This document shows positions 27,701 through 42,620 of a stretch of DNA of 64,000 nucleotides, piece by piece. The notes under the pieces are model-generated. The model was not told the origin of the DNA and did no database searches. It worked only from the letters and a program-made list of their open reading frames with translations. Numbering within the stretch: the stretch's first letter is position 1; each line of letters opens with the position of its first letter. A program made the position numbers and the translations under genes. Location: positions 22,027,365 to 22,091,364 of the forward strand of contig NC_092678.1 of the NCBI RefSeq assembly GCF_964355755.1. The letters run 5' to 3'. The DNA comes from Antedon mediterranea. Lineage: Eukaryota > Animalia > Echinodermata.

Positions 27701-27710
27701 TTGTAAATAA
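738..27710 (+). CDS. Wnt16: Wnt16, 4 exons: 738-841, 14907-15160, 17449-17735, 27246-27710 (369 aa)
   Basis: GT-AG junctions with consistent phases (1110 nt total). Signal-peptide-like N-terminus, then ASWMWLGVASVGV, GTKETAFVYAV, WRWGGCSDDV, CRCHGVSGSC, SPNYC, GADGCNLLCCGRGYNT and terminal DVHTCK. WMWLG-AS-GV, GADGCNLL and DVHTCK recall vertebrate WNT16. Confidence 0.93.
902..1285. mobile_element. Degenerate Tc1/mariner-type MITE
   Basis: Inverted ends AGTAGAACCCATCCTT...GGACACCCCTATTCAG and CTGAATAAGGGTGTCTCTAAGGATGGCTTCTACTG. Related fragments occur near 3205-3365 and 53220-53280. Confidence 0.6.
5215..6328 (+). repeat. 5' LTR (1114 bp)
   Basis: TGTAGG...CTGTACA. AATAAA at 6243-6248. Internal splice-like signals: GTAAGT 5398, TTTTAG ending 5880, GTGAGT 5976, TTTGTAG ending 6225. 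Confidence 0.97.
6365..11569 (+). CDS. BEL/Pao Gag-Pol polyprotein (1734 aa)
   Basis: Gag with YEGDP and three Zn knuckles (CWICKSDAHWPDEC, CFSC..H...C, C..C.HH.LLH). Protease MLDLGSQGTF, RT YMDD, RNase H FCDASEKAYG and KSRVAP, integrase GMDCWGP / SDCGTNF / WERE. This is the Belpaoviridae domain order. Confidence 0.97.
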   Translation: MATIDQLRINRRNRKGNLTRVINELSHLMERKASEAEISTAKAKAKTRFELVEESHDSLVEKINDEEEYETEQEWMNHCQDQFMTAMARFEVTRDEVIQENVSIDNESDDVLISNVTNNVSDSVPIENIPNVSVSDDVSNNVDNTSDSSGGATGVSNVDNTLVSLFKALTLPQTPIRQYEGDPLYYHAFITSFNNTVSGIPEDKVKLNTLMSLCAGKALQSIQYCVLKPPNEGYQSACKTLKDRYGNTAVIVQAWIGKVLDRPKIDASKLGDFADDLENCHEALLALGFLNELNNQSSLKQIIDKLPRFLQNRWQGANYKLKEKGVVPGLSDVVKFVKASAKEINDPVFGNTTNATAEVQQSRQKKHQVNNVNASVPSQSSAKEKFPKCWICKSDAHWPDECEKFSQMKVEDRFELAKSNHACFSCLKIAGRNHRLSNCSRKKVCGEKMGENNCNRYHHKLLHLTKKAGVGHVSVIGDKEPLLCVLDVEVIGKNGSHVANVMLDLGSQGTFVRTDFANKLGIGGKSVAAAITKVGGVEEIFESRLCEIKLQGMDSSVHNIKALEMLTINDVNSVNIKNLEKFFNMKNTLRRRGGPIDILIGVDHAYLMTGETKKTNGLVALKTPLGWAVFGGNQKDARFNQVMNVKVSKPVNLDNFWSVEAMGVDVGNCECKARLSAVEDMEGKLIEDSSSKVGNQWLIPYPWAKDPSQLPNNRGQAIKMLNGLEKRLKKNKEHGAAYQKQMEEMVKKGFSRKLNNTEMKLYQGPVHYLPHHAVVRAENKSTPVRIVFNSANRCQGGAINEYWMKGPDLLNNLSGVLMRFREREVAVCGDISKMYHRVLIPEMDQHVHRYLWRDLNSDRDPDTYVMQVLTFGDKPAAAMAQTALRLTAKEGEEMYPRAAHVLKNETYMDDICVSVTTIEEAKTLTKQMDAVLGNGGFNIKEWISNKPLNNEERKDKEQKVLGVSWNYADDTLKVKVKLDDDITNAVVTKRKALGMIAQVFDPIGFLAPVVVKLKIKMQELWKSGVNWDEDLPNETQQEWRILLKELNNASEIKLPRCLTPDNSTDAQLIIFCDASEKAYGACAYLRWRLQDGLFKTRFVTAKSRVAPLKKLTIPRLELQAAVMAARMGKSITDESSLPLTDVLFFTDSMIVLGWLKKPSCCYKQFVGTRVLEIQNKTKPENWRHVSGVENPADDVSRGIPVTNLNGRWIRGPPFLQSPMHEWEQENLRVEDDDSEIKLVKFTGNVEIKQVRPEVEIDNCETWEEMLEVYRRRIYGDDSPALDVYKVRDIELLLLRRVQRECFAEELQLLRNGKGVQSNSRICNLDPMLEAENEVIRVGGRLRNVEKIDLDVHPILLDPKHRITKLLIRRADANVFNHSAGPNQVFAYLRRKYWILKGRSQIKSELSKCIECQKWRKGPETPKMAELPEARLRIGKPPFFSTGMDCWGPMMVKVRRSQEKRWGLVFKCMTTKAVHLEILHNMNTDAFIMAFRRFVSRKGVPKELYSDCGTNFRGAERELHECFKAMSPALQEKLAQQQVEFKFNPPNAPHFGGVWEREVKSVKNAIKCSLKDRVVTEVVLQTVIVEVEGLMNSKPLGYASSNVSDADPVTPNVLLMGRRDPSLPFSLVSPQEIKSKKQWRHSQLIIDLFWKKFVSEYLPSQQIRQKWDKETENLKEGDQVLVVDNQAQRGDWLTGEVLKVHPSADGRVRVADVKMKEKVYKRPVVKLIKLEEWKH
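11772..12885 (+). repeat. 3' LTR (1114 bp)
   Basis: Same length as the 5' LTR with no differences found by eye. Preceded by the PPT and followed by the TSD ATGAC. Confidence 0.97.
18611..18762. mobile_element. PIF/Harbinger-type MITE, family A (TIR AGCTCTGTCTACACTATCAAACT)
   Basis: Terminal inverted repeats with internal CCCAAATATGGTAGTGATATG repeats. About 15 complete or partial copies in the window: ~5130/12950, 24297-24452, 29200-29345, 30934-31081, 31654-31765, 32820-32948, 36052-36170, 36379-36475, 38767-38930, 39107-39291, 43390-43505, 53040-53165, 53327-53504, 55585/56856, 58975-59105. Confidence 0.85.
18828..19838. mobile_element. Non-autonomous Kolobok-type DNA transposon (1011 bp)
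   Basis: Perfect 16-bp TIR AGGAAAGGAACACCCT/AGGGTGTTCCTTTCCT flanked by TTAA at 18824-18827 and 19839-19842. AG...CT termini with a TTAA TSD are characteristic of Kolobok. No transposase ORF. Confidence 0.85.
21940..22430. repeat. CTAG/TAGGCCTA-rich low-complexity tract
   Basis: Dense iteration of CTAG, TAGGC, GCCTA and CTACTA words. Confidence 0.7.
23620..24250 (+). repeat. About four degenerate 150-175 bp tandem units, probably inside a DNA transposon remnant
   Basis: Recurring ATATCTC...GTCATAGAGAGTT...AAATGTTCAGAA...TGACCGGAAGTA...CCTTTGACC. The TGACCGGAAGTA-like word occurs at ~23749, 23899, 24073 and 24225. Confidence 0.65.
25498..25655. mobile_element. PIF/Harbinger-type MITE, family B (TIR AG(G/C)TTGGTTCCCACTAG)
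   Basis: Near-palindromic element with a TAA TSD. Relatives at 28229-28385, ~29398-29510, ~60050-60196 and 60718-61195. Confidence 0.8.
26586..26760 (+). repeat. Tandem repeat, 4 x 43 bp
   Basis: Unit ATGTGATCATGAAATAGATAGACACGCATTATCTCAAATGTTA at 26586, 26629, 26675 and 26718. Confidence 0.95.
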
Positions 27711-30000
27711 ACACATATTGTATATTTGATGACGTCATCAGTAATGTAAACAAAAACGCAGGGAAATTTTTATTGTATAAAATTAATTATAATTTATTTA
27801 TTGGGACTGTTAGACACGTGTTGAAAACCTTACCTTTTTATTGCGCGCCAAAACTCAAAAGCCAGCAGACTTATTGGACAATGCATTGTAGCATAACTAA
27901 AGTAGACCTAATATTTAAATAATTTTGTTTTTGAAATAGCGACTAAATCATGAATTTAAATTAATATCAATTAATATTTTGTCAATAATATGTGGTCCAT
28001 TTATCAGAGTTATAGACCAGTGTAACACACGTGTCCGCAAGCTATAGAAATTTCCTATTTTATCAAATTATATAGTATTATTATCCATTTCACTGTGTCT
28101 ATAGCTAATCTATGCAAATAGGGCCTATAATTTCAGTAAAGTACTCATTTTTTATAGGCGAAATATTTGTGTATATAAACATGTACATATTATAATATAC
28201 TGTATTATCTATTTCAAGTTGCATCTGAAGCTTGGTTGCCATTGGATGCAACACGACGACGCGTAGGCGCAAAGCGAGTTGACCAATCACAAGCGACAGT
28301 TCCGATTATCCATCGCGCCGTGATTGGTCAAATTACCTGCGGTGCGCGTTACATCCTTGCGTTGTGTCCCAGTGGAAACCAACCTTTAACTGATGAAAAC
28401 ATTTGCAGCATTTACATTAGCTATACTCGTCAAAAGTGACGTGAAAATTGCGTCACGTGTTTTCGGACGAAGACCTGATATAGGCCTACTCATATTGTTA
28501 TTTTAGTACTACAGTCTATCAGCATTTAGATTTATTTATGCAAACTTTGTTTTTGTAAAATAACACTTTCGAACTAAACATTTTGTGAATAAATACTTTT
28601 TGTAAAGACATTAAAATAATAGTCTGTTACTGTTATCAGTTTCTGCTGTAATTAATAGAGGGCGCGATGTTAAAAGTTGACGATGTGATACGCACGTACA
28701 GTACATGGAAATTTACATGCAGGTGTCATTATACTATAAACATTTAAATTTCTTACGAGATTAAAAACGATGGCCGTCCACTACTCTTCTTTTCGTTAAT
28801 ATTGATGGATTGATATTGCCGTACAATGCATCTTTAATTATATTTTGAAATTATAATAATTTAAATTTCTGTTGTTCTGTTAAAACACACACAAAGATAT
28901 AAGACTACAATATGTTTCTATTTAACAATATATTTTAAAACAATACCACAATTTGTTGAAAATGAAATGAATTAAAAACTGCTTTGGATAAAATTTGCAT
29001 AAATTAAAATAATTTATCTTACTGTAATTATACAAGCAAATTGTAAGGATTTTTTATAATTATAATATTAATCAACTTAAAATATGATAAATTTCTTTTT
29101 TCATGCTGGGTACATTTGTAACTAGAGATCATTACATCACGATTTTTTCAAACATGCAATATATGCGACACTTCTCTTTGAAAGCAATGTACGCCTGTTA
29201 AACTTTCCAAATATGGTACAGTAGTGATATGCCCAAATATGGTAGTGATATGCCCAAATATGATAGTGATATGACATCATCGTGTCCATATATGGGCACA
29301 TTACATTTTTTTGTCACATCAAGTTTGATAGTGTAAATAGAGCTTTAGACCATATTAAAAAAAATCAACAATAGAAAATATGCTAATGCCAGACTTAAAG
29401 CTTGGTTCACACTAGAGACCTAACGCAAAGTCATAGACAATGCAAGTCAAGTGACCGAATAAAAGCGACAGATTCTTCGCTTCATTGCGTCCCTAGTGCG
29501 AACCAAACATAAGATCACAGCAGAACACAAATTATTTCTTGTGACGTCTTAAAAAGGTGAAAAATATCAAAACACAAAACATGCTGAATTTTGACTGTCA
29601 ACAATGTTGTTACCTCTTTAATACACGCGCGTAACCATCCACTGACTAGGAGTATGCATTTCTCATAACCTGAAATATTTGACGCATTTCTGAAATGTCT
29701 AACTAAATCCCCATTCACACTACTGTCATTCTTGTTAAAAGTCATTATAAAGCACACCACTTATAGCAGGCTTAACATGCTAGTATCCACATACAGTACA
29801 TAAACAGTTTGTTAAAATTCAAATTATTCATCCAATTTTGGGATCAAATCTCACAAAAACTTATCAAAATATTTTTTTTTAATCAAAAAGTTTTCGTGAA
29901 AATAATTATTTGAAATTATGTCTACCAGTTCTTCTAAATATATTGTGTGCGTTTTGCTGATATTGTTCTTAATGTTAAACCCATAACTTATATCGTACCG

Positions 30001-34749
<4,749 letters not shown>

Positions 34750-35250
34750 AACTTTAGAATTAGAATATAATATAATTTATTAGGAATTTTAACTTAAACT
34801 CTTTATTCTTCTAGGCCAGACCTACACCTTCCAGGGACCACATTTCGCACGAACTTCAGCAGGGACAGAATGCATGCACACACGCGAGCAGCAGTCGACA
34901 CATTTTGAAGGCTGGAAAAATGTTTCAAAACTGCGTTCAAAACAACTTTTAATGAATAATGAAATGACTATTAAAAAGCATTTAAAAAAATTTTTTTCAA
35001 TAATATTATATTTTTAATATTTTATGATTACAAATTTATATACAATTTAATATTTTCGTTTTATTAAATATTTTTATTTTTGTGTTTCTTCAAACCATTT
35101 TCTGTTAAAAACCCAGCAAGTAAATATTAAAGTATCACGTGCATTTTCTAGAAAAAAATAACAACACAAGTTTTTGATCACTTGCGCGGTAGCGGTGAAC
35201 ACAACTACAGTCGGAATTCCTTCAAACAAACAATAAATGAACATTTAATT
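34750..35250. promoter_or_regulatory. Probable bidirectional promoter between MetAP2 and the Slob-like gene
   Basis: Start codons diverge ~500 bp apart. E-box CACGTG at ~35136. Confidence 0.55.
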
Positions 35251-38200
35251 ATGTCAGACACATTATGGGTTTGTAAATATTATTTTCATTATTGTTTGCC
35301 ATAAAATATATACCCAGTTTTATTCTTTTAATAGTAAATACCCGCCGTTAGAGTTAGGCCCAGCTAAAGTAGGCCCCCTTATTAGCTGCTAGTCTCGATC
35401 GAGTTCACAGATCCACTTTTGCCTGCATGTGACCGGGCATCCGCTGTATTGTTTGTCGGCCTAGCGTATTTTTTTTAATGCATTTTTAACGCTTTTAATA
35501 AATATTGCTTATATTAAATTTCAATTCGTCAGTTTTCTAAAATATGTTTATATATTCATTTAATTTTTAAGAAGATAATATTAATTTATTCATTACCTGG
35601 CTGGCCCCTACTATACTATAGTACTAGGCCTACTACTAGTTGCCTACATTGTTATTTTATATTTGCTTTTCATTTTTTATATAGATTTCAATTGGCATCG
35701 GTCTAGGCTCAACTGTCGTTCTTTTATTTTTCATAGTACTGTTTGTGTGGTGTTATCGGTATGTCAATATTTCATTTACTGTACACAAAATAACCTCTTA
35801 GTCTTATTATTTTGACTCATAAACTAAATTAAAATACTGTACATAATAATACATTAGAGCATTGTAAAATCCAGGGAATAATTACCAACTTCAACTTTAA
35901 TAAAAAGTCACAAATCTAAAGATTTTAATTTAATATTTTTACATTAATAAATACTAATTGTATAAGTTTAAAAAAAATGTGGTATTGACCAATTTCTACA
36001 TAAAACCATAGAGATATTATAGTTCACTATAATATCTCTATGATAAAACTAAAGCTATGTGTATACAGTCCATACTGTACGGTACTATCAATCTTTGTGT
36101 GACAAAAAAAAATGTGATGTCCTCGTATATGGGCACATCACACTTTTTAGTTTGATAATGTAGACAGAGTTTTAAACAGTAATGCTGTTAAAATAATCTA
36201 TATAAAACTTTACATTTTAGGAGACGGAGTCGCTATGAATATACACCATTAAGAGGGGATGATGTTGCATTACCAACAAAATGGAAAAAGGAGAAAGAGG
36301 CAGAGGAGGACCAGAAAAGAGGTATATTTTTACCAGTATACACAAAAGTATTATTGTAGTTCAAATGCTTATGAGTTAAGCTCTGTCTACACTATCAAAC
36401 TTTATGTGACAAAAAACATATTTGGGCACATCACACTTTTTTTGTCACATAAAGTTTGATAGTGTAGACAGAGCTTTAGCCACTGCAACTAACAAATGTG
36501 TATGATTAATCCCCACAGAAATGATAAAAAGTAAACAAAATGTGGTTGCTGCAGTAACTGCAGTATAATCATTTTGAATATTATTATATTTCAGAATCTG
36601 CACTTTTAAACTGCCAGTTTTTTCTTCGGGCAAATGTGGGAAAGTACTCCTACAGTGAATACTTAAAACAAATTGGTGAGTAAAGACAAATAACTTGTCC
36701 AAACTTACCCAATTTTAATATTATTTATTGATTTAGCAATAGTTACTAGTGTCTATTTTATGCCTAGCTTACCTGGATAAACTGGATAGCCTTTCTCCTC
36801 AAAGAGTGAGATATTACTCAAAAAGTTGAAATTCTTATTCAACACCCCTCTGCACAAATGGTATAGTCCACCGCGGTTGGTTTGTGTAATTCTGTATATT
36901 TACCATATATTACCATTGTATCAATAAACTTTTAAACATGTCTCATTTTTTAGGTAGTAGACTTGATCGACAATGGTTTATTGTTCGCCACGTACAAATG
37001 AGGAAGGACATGTTGCTAACAGTGACACCAAAGTCACCTGATTGTAAACTTCCCTTTGATTCGTCTTCTAATTCGCAAGGGTTGGCTGACTTACTACAAG
37101 CAATAAAGGTTTTTAAATTTCAAAGTTTTTATTTTAGTCAGCCAGATGATTTTTTTTGCAATATTGCTATGATCAAACAATTTTTGTAATATACTGTATT
37201 TTATGCATATATATTTTTTATTGTTATCTTTTAAGTATAAAAAATGTTGTAGAATTGAATTTATTTTCCTTTTTTAACTTGATTGCATTTATAATGTCTT
37301 GTTTATTATAAAAAAATTGAAAAATAACCCCACTTTTTGAAAGTATTAAAATGTCTATAACGCTACGAAAATCTGATAGAACAAAGAGCCTCATTTTGCA
37401 ACGTTTGTTCTGCTTCAACGATAACACAATGAATTGTTCTTTTTAAAAGCCTGAGCTACCCTTTAACGTCTTTGAGGTTAACACAAGATCATGTTAATTT
37501 CTGGGCATTTTTGTAGTGTGTACCATCCCAACTAACAACACATTGATTGTCTTTTTAGCATACATAACACGATGAATTGTTCTTTTTAGCATCCATATAT
37601 TTGGCCAGTCAGCGACCTTGTTTTACAGAAAGAGCAACAGATAGCTATTGTATTACAGCCTTTTAATAGCAAGGGCTCCCTCAAGGACCTTATTAGAAAC
37701 GTAAGTAGTAAACATTATATAATACTCTATTCAACCTTTGACCTTTGAGCATCAAAAACAAGCTTTAAAACAATCAAATATTAAATTCACAGTAACAATT
37801 TTTTTTTTTACTTATTTAAAAAAAATATATTGTGCTGTTTTCAGACGCGTCCACAGTCAGCATGGTCGGCTAAAACTACAACACAAAATAAAGGACTTTC
37901 ATTAAAACAAATTCGATTGTATGGACGTCAAATATTAGAGGTAATTTTCATTTATATAATAATCATCCACAGTTATCACATCATATTTAATAAACTTTTT
38001 AAAGAACTCAATTACATGCATATTTCTTCATAATTTATCTTTCAGGCTCTTATATACTTAAAAGAAAATAATTTTCCACCTCATAAACATTTACATTCTG
38101 GTAATGTAATATACAAGAGTGGTGTTTGTTATTTGTCCGGCCTTGACAACATGTTTCTTGGTTATTCTTCGTCGTTACAACACCTTCTATATCGTAAAAT

Positions 38201-41200
38201 TCGCAATAATATTGAAGCTCTAGATGTTTTGTGTTTTGGTAAGTAATACATTTTTTTGGATTGGCTAATTTTTTTTACAATAATTCTTTAAATTCATAAA
38301 AGATACACAATGAAATACCAGGTCATAGTGCAATCCAGAATACCAGGTCATAGTGCAATCCAGAATACCAGGTCATAGTGCAATCCAGAATACCAGGTCA
38401 TAGTGCAATCCAGAATACCAGGTCATAGTGCAATCCAGAATACCAGGTCATAGTGCAATCCAGAATACCAGGTCATAGTGCAATCCAGAATACCAGGTCA
38501 TAGTGCAATCCAGAATACCAGGTCATAGTGCAATCCAGAATACCAGGTCATAGTGCAATCCAGAATACCAGGTCATAGTGCAATCCAGAATACCAGGTCA
38601 TAGTGCAATCCAGAATACCAGGTCATAGTGCAATCCAGAATACCAGGTCATAGTGCAATCCAGAATACCAGGTCATAGTGCAATCCAGAATACCAGGTCA
38701 TAGTGCAATCCAGAATACCAGGTCATAGTGCAATCCAGAATAGAATTAGAATGTCAACAATCCTTAAGCTCTGTCTACACTATCAAAATAGTTTGAAAAA
38801 AAAAAGTATGATGTGGCAAAATATGGTAGTGGCATGCCCAAATATGGTACTAATATGACATTATCATGTCCATATATGGGCACATCACATTTTTTTTTGT
38901 CACATAAAATTTGATAGTGTAGACAGAGCTTGATATAACATGCATGGCTATAGTATTGTGGAATACTGTATATTACAGGTTCCTGATGTTCGTATATTAG
39001 AGGGATGTACTTGTATTATCATGTCCATATATGGGCACATCACATAAATAAGGGTGTCACCTAAATAGTACAAAGTTAGAACTGCTATTGCTAATAGGTC
39101 ACTAAATCTCTGTCTACACTATCAAACTAGTTTATAAAAAAAAGTTTGATGTGCCCAAATATGGTAGTGATATGCCCAAATATGGTAGTGATGTGCCCAA
39201 ATATGGTACTGATATGACATTATCATGTCCATATATATGGGCACATCACATTTTTTTTGGTCACATAAAATTTGATAGTGTAGAATGAGCTTGATATAAC
39301 ATGCATGGCTATAGTATTGTGGAATACTGTATATTACAGGTTCTTGATGTTTGTATATTAGAGGGATGTACTCCCTACTGGAATACAAAACAATTTTTAC
39401 TTTTGTAGGGCATCTACTTTTTGAGATGACGTGTGGTAGGGAATTAGACTCCGCACATCCAGACAGCGATGATTACGCTCAATGTAAACATCCAGAAGTA
39501 AAAGAGGTAATAATAATGATATTTTAGAAACACTTCCTCTATGTTTTTCCATCAAAAGTAAACAAACAAAATCAACAACATTTTTGGTTGAATTTGAAGG
39601 TAAAATGTGGAGTAATAAACTACTAAAGTTCATCGCAAATAGAGCGCGCGACGCATGATTGGAAGGGTTTGGGAGCAAACGTCATGACCTGTATGTACGT
39701 GATGGATTGTTTGTACGTACACGTCATGACGTTTGCTCTCAAACCTATACCATTATACACTGTGCCATGACGTTTCTCGCGAAATCAAGCTATTTGCGAT
39801 AAACCTTAAATAAGTAGATGGTATTTTAAAGGGTTATCTTATTAAAATAAAAGTTGATAAAATGTTATACTAGTTAGTATTTAAATACCAACGTGTGCTT
39901 TATCTAAATGTTATCTAGACTTCTTTTAGCCTACCAATAAATATGTAGGTACCAGCACATATCCACTACCATATTCTAAAGGATTATTGTCAGTAGAATA
40001 ATACCGTAAAATCTTCTAAAATTGTTTTTGTAATAGCTGTATAAACTAATGGTTTATTAATTCACAAGGATACATATTTCATATTTTACTATTAGTAATA
40101 TTAATAATAATTTATTTGGAAGCTACACTTTTGAAACAGTGGCACACTTATTGAATGAAGTGTCCATTCTGATTTATAAATATCTATAATACAGTAATTG
40201 TATCTGTACCACTGTATAGTTGAATTAAACAAAATTAAACATATAATTATATCAAAAGTTGCGTTTGTTCTGAAATACTGTAATGTTGAACTTTACTAAT
40301 TCATTTTTAAGGTTCTTGAGTTTATCTTCAACAAATCTAAAGAGTATCCTTCAATTGGAGAGGTCGCAGGTCACGACTTCTTCACATCGTGCAATCTGGT
40401 TGAATTGAAAACAAACCCACCACAACCAGTAAGTGTTTGAAACGTTTTGTATTAAACTATATTTTTTATTTATAGTGCAATTCTGGCATGCATGTATTTA
40501 TAGCAAATCATTGGCACAGTACCATATTTCATTTATATTCATGTCCAACAACGATCTATTCTAGGCCCTCATCTTTTAGAAAATAGTTTTTTATTGTATA
40601 ATATTATTGTTATTATATTTCAACATTTATGATATGTTTTTTTTTAATAGATAAAACTGTCTTCTGGAATGAAAAGCATAATGAAAGTAATCCATAAAAG
40701 CAAACTACCAAAGTAAGATATTTTTGTTTTCTGATTAAACAACTACTGTATATCCTCAGGTATAATCCCACTTCAGGTCTAATGCCACCCCCTACTATAG
40801 GTCTGATTTCATAAACGGGCATAATTCCGGGTATAGTCCCAGTATTGCCTTTTTACCTGGTTGTAGGACTCTTTCTAGCCAGTTCTGATGAGTTTTTACA
40901 AGAAATTCTTACCAATAATTTTTTTCCTGAACCAGACTATAAGGGTATTCTCCCACCCACCAAAGTCGGCCCAATTTTGTGTTTTTTTGAGGTGGGATTA
41001 TACGGTATATATTGATTTTTATATTGTGTTTAAATATTTTGTATCTGTGGTTTTTAGAATTAGTACAGAAAATGGGGAGAAGAAGCAAGTGAATGGAGAA
41101 AGCAAACGCCTACAAAGAGAAGCAAGCAAAACGAATGTGAAAGAGTCAAATCAAAACAAGTGAGTCACTCACAACTCTCTCCCCCTCCCCAGATTTATAC

Positions 41201-42131
41201 AGCGCACATATCCACTAAAATGCTCAAGGCGCTTGTGAAAAACCATGAAAACATATTAACCTTAAACCTAAATACAATTGATAAATTTGACAAAAACCAA
41301 AAAAAAATAAACAAGAACAATCGAACCCACATCACTGCTTCCGTTTACCAGCAATTTAAGGTGCATAGACCAGCCAGTACATAACTCACAGGTGTTCTCA
41401 GTGATGTGGGTATCTAGCTAAACAAATTGAATCTTAAAAATTTGAGTGAGTGAGTGGCCGAGCGGTTAAGACAGAGGAACCGTAATCACGTAGCCATAAC
41501 ATCGGCAGGGGTTCGAGGATCACTCACTCCATGGTTCTGGTGGTAGAACGAGTCTTCTCGGATAAGGACTAAACCGTAGGTCCAGTGTACACAACTTGCT
41601 CGTGTGCACTTTAAAGAACCTAGTACATCTTTCGAGACGAGTAGGGGGTTACCCCGGTGTATTAGTACATCACAGCCACTGATCACCAACTGGGCCCTCT
41701 GGGAGATCAGTCTTTGACTGAAGAGGTCTTCCAGTATAAAGATAAAACAAACAAACAAACAAACAAATTGCCAAAAGCAGCCGACTTTCTCCTCCCCTTT
41801 TTCTCTATTTCAAAATCCTTGATCCACCACTGGTTGCCAGCACACTATTATTAGTATAGTATTATACTATTGTAGATCAAAGAAGAAAGGAGACAGCGAA
41901 GGTAGAAAAAGGAAAACAAGTCGCACAACTACAGCCCCACAGATTCATGCTCCGCCACCACCACCTCCTCCTCCACCAGCACCACTAACAGCCCCTCCTC
42001 CTCCTCCAGCACCGCCAGTCAGTATTAAGCAGCCTTCAAGTGGGCCTAGAACTGCTCTACTGACTGACATCAGAAAAGGAATGAAATTAAAGAAGACCGA
42101 CACGTTTGATAAAAGTTCTCCAAAAGTTTGA
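35251..42131 (+). CDS. Slowpoke-binding protein (Slob)/PXK-like pseudokinase with N-terminal TM helix, polyproline and WH2. Exons: 35251-35268, 35685-35758, 36221-36321, 36595-36675, 36954-37108, 37590-37700, 37845-37940, 38046-38238, 39409-39506, 40312-40428, 40651-40712, 41058-41159, 41876-42131 (487 aa)
   Basis: IGSRLDRQWF, HPYIWPV, PFNSKGSLKDLI, YGRQILEAL, HLHSGNV and LDVLCFGHLLFEM match the PXK/Slob kinase-like domain. C-terminal PPPPPPP then RTALLTDIRKGMKLKKT (WH2). Phases are consistent. The first two exons are less certain. Confidence 0.85.
36379..36475. mobile_element. Short family A MITE
   Basis: Both TIRs present. TTA TSD at 36376-36378 and 36476-36478. Confidence 0.88.
38314..38742 (+). 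repeat. Perfect minisatellite, ~17 x 25 bp
   Basis: Unit AATACCAGGTCATAGTGCAATCCAG with no visible variants. Intronic. Confidence 0.97.
39623..39808. mobile_element. Palindromic MITE
   Basis: Ends AAAGTTCATCGCAAATAG / CTATTTGCGATAAACCTT, plus internal IR GAGCAAACGTCATGAC / GTCATGACGTTTGCTC. Confidence 0.65.
40745..41007. mobile_element. Tc1/mariner-like MITE remnant
   Basis: Inverted GTATAATCCCAC / GTGGGATTATAC near TACTGTA and TACGGTA termini. Confidence 0.5.
41444..41767 (+). mobile_element. tRNA-derived SINE with Deu/Nin-like central domain
   Basis: A box TGGCCGAGCGG and B box GGTTCGAGG. The core GGATAAGGACTAAACCGTAGGTCC...TTAAAGAACC...GAGTAGGGGGTTACCCCGGTGT resembles the DeuSINE domain. 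(AAAC)n tail. Confidence 0.85.
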
Positions 42132-42204
42132 TAGCAACAAAAAAAAAAACGTTTATCAAGAATGATCAATTGTATCGTTGTACTGAAAAATTGAACTGTA
42201 TTTA

Positions 42205-42620
42205 ACTTGAACAGTGGTCAATTATAATATTGTATTTGACAATGGTCAATGTTGTATTCAACAATGGTCAATTATAATACTGTATTCAGCAATGGTCAAT
42301 GTTGTATTCAACAATGTTTAATTATAATATTTGATTTGACAATTGTCAATTTATTGAACAATGGTCAATTATAATACTGTATTCAACAATGGTCAATATT
42401 GTATTCAGCAATGGTCAATGCTGTATTCAACAATGGTCAATTATAATAGTGTATTGTATTCAACAATGGTCAATTTATTCAACAATGGTCAATTTATTCA
42501 ACAATGGTCAATTTATTCAACAATGGTGCATTATAAATACTGTATTAAAAAATGGTCAATATTGTATCCAACAATGGTTAATTACAATATTTTATTCAAC
42601 AATGGTCAATTATAATATTG
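42205..42620 (+). repeat. Degenerate 19-30 bp satellite built on TATTCAACAATGGTCAAT
   Basis: More than 15 iterations just downstream of the Slob-like stop codon. Confidence 0.9.

Noticed and set aside
41444-41530. tRNA gene
   Set aside because: A and B boxes are present, but the sequence continues into a SINE body and tail, and a second copy of the body occurs at ~58150-58405.
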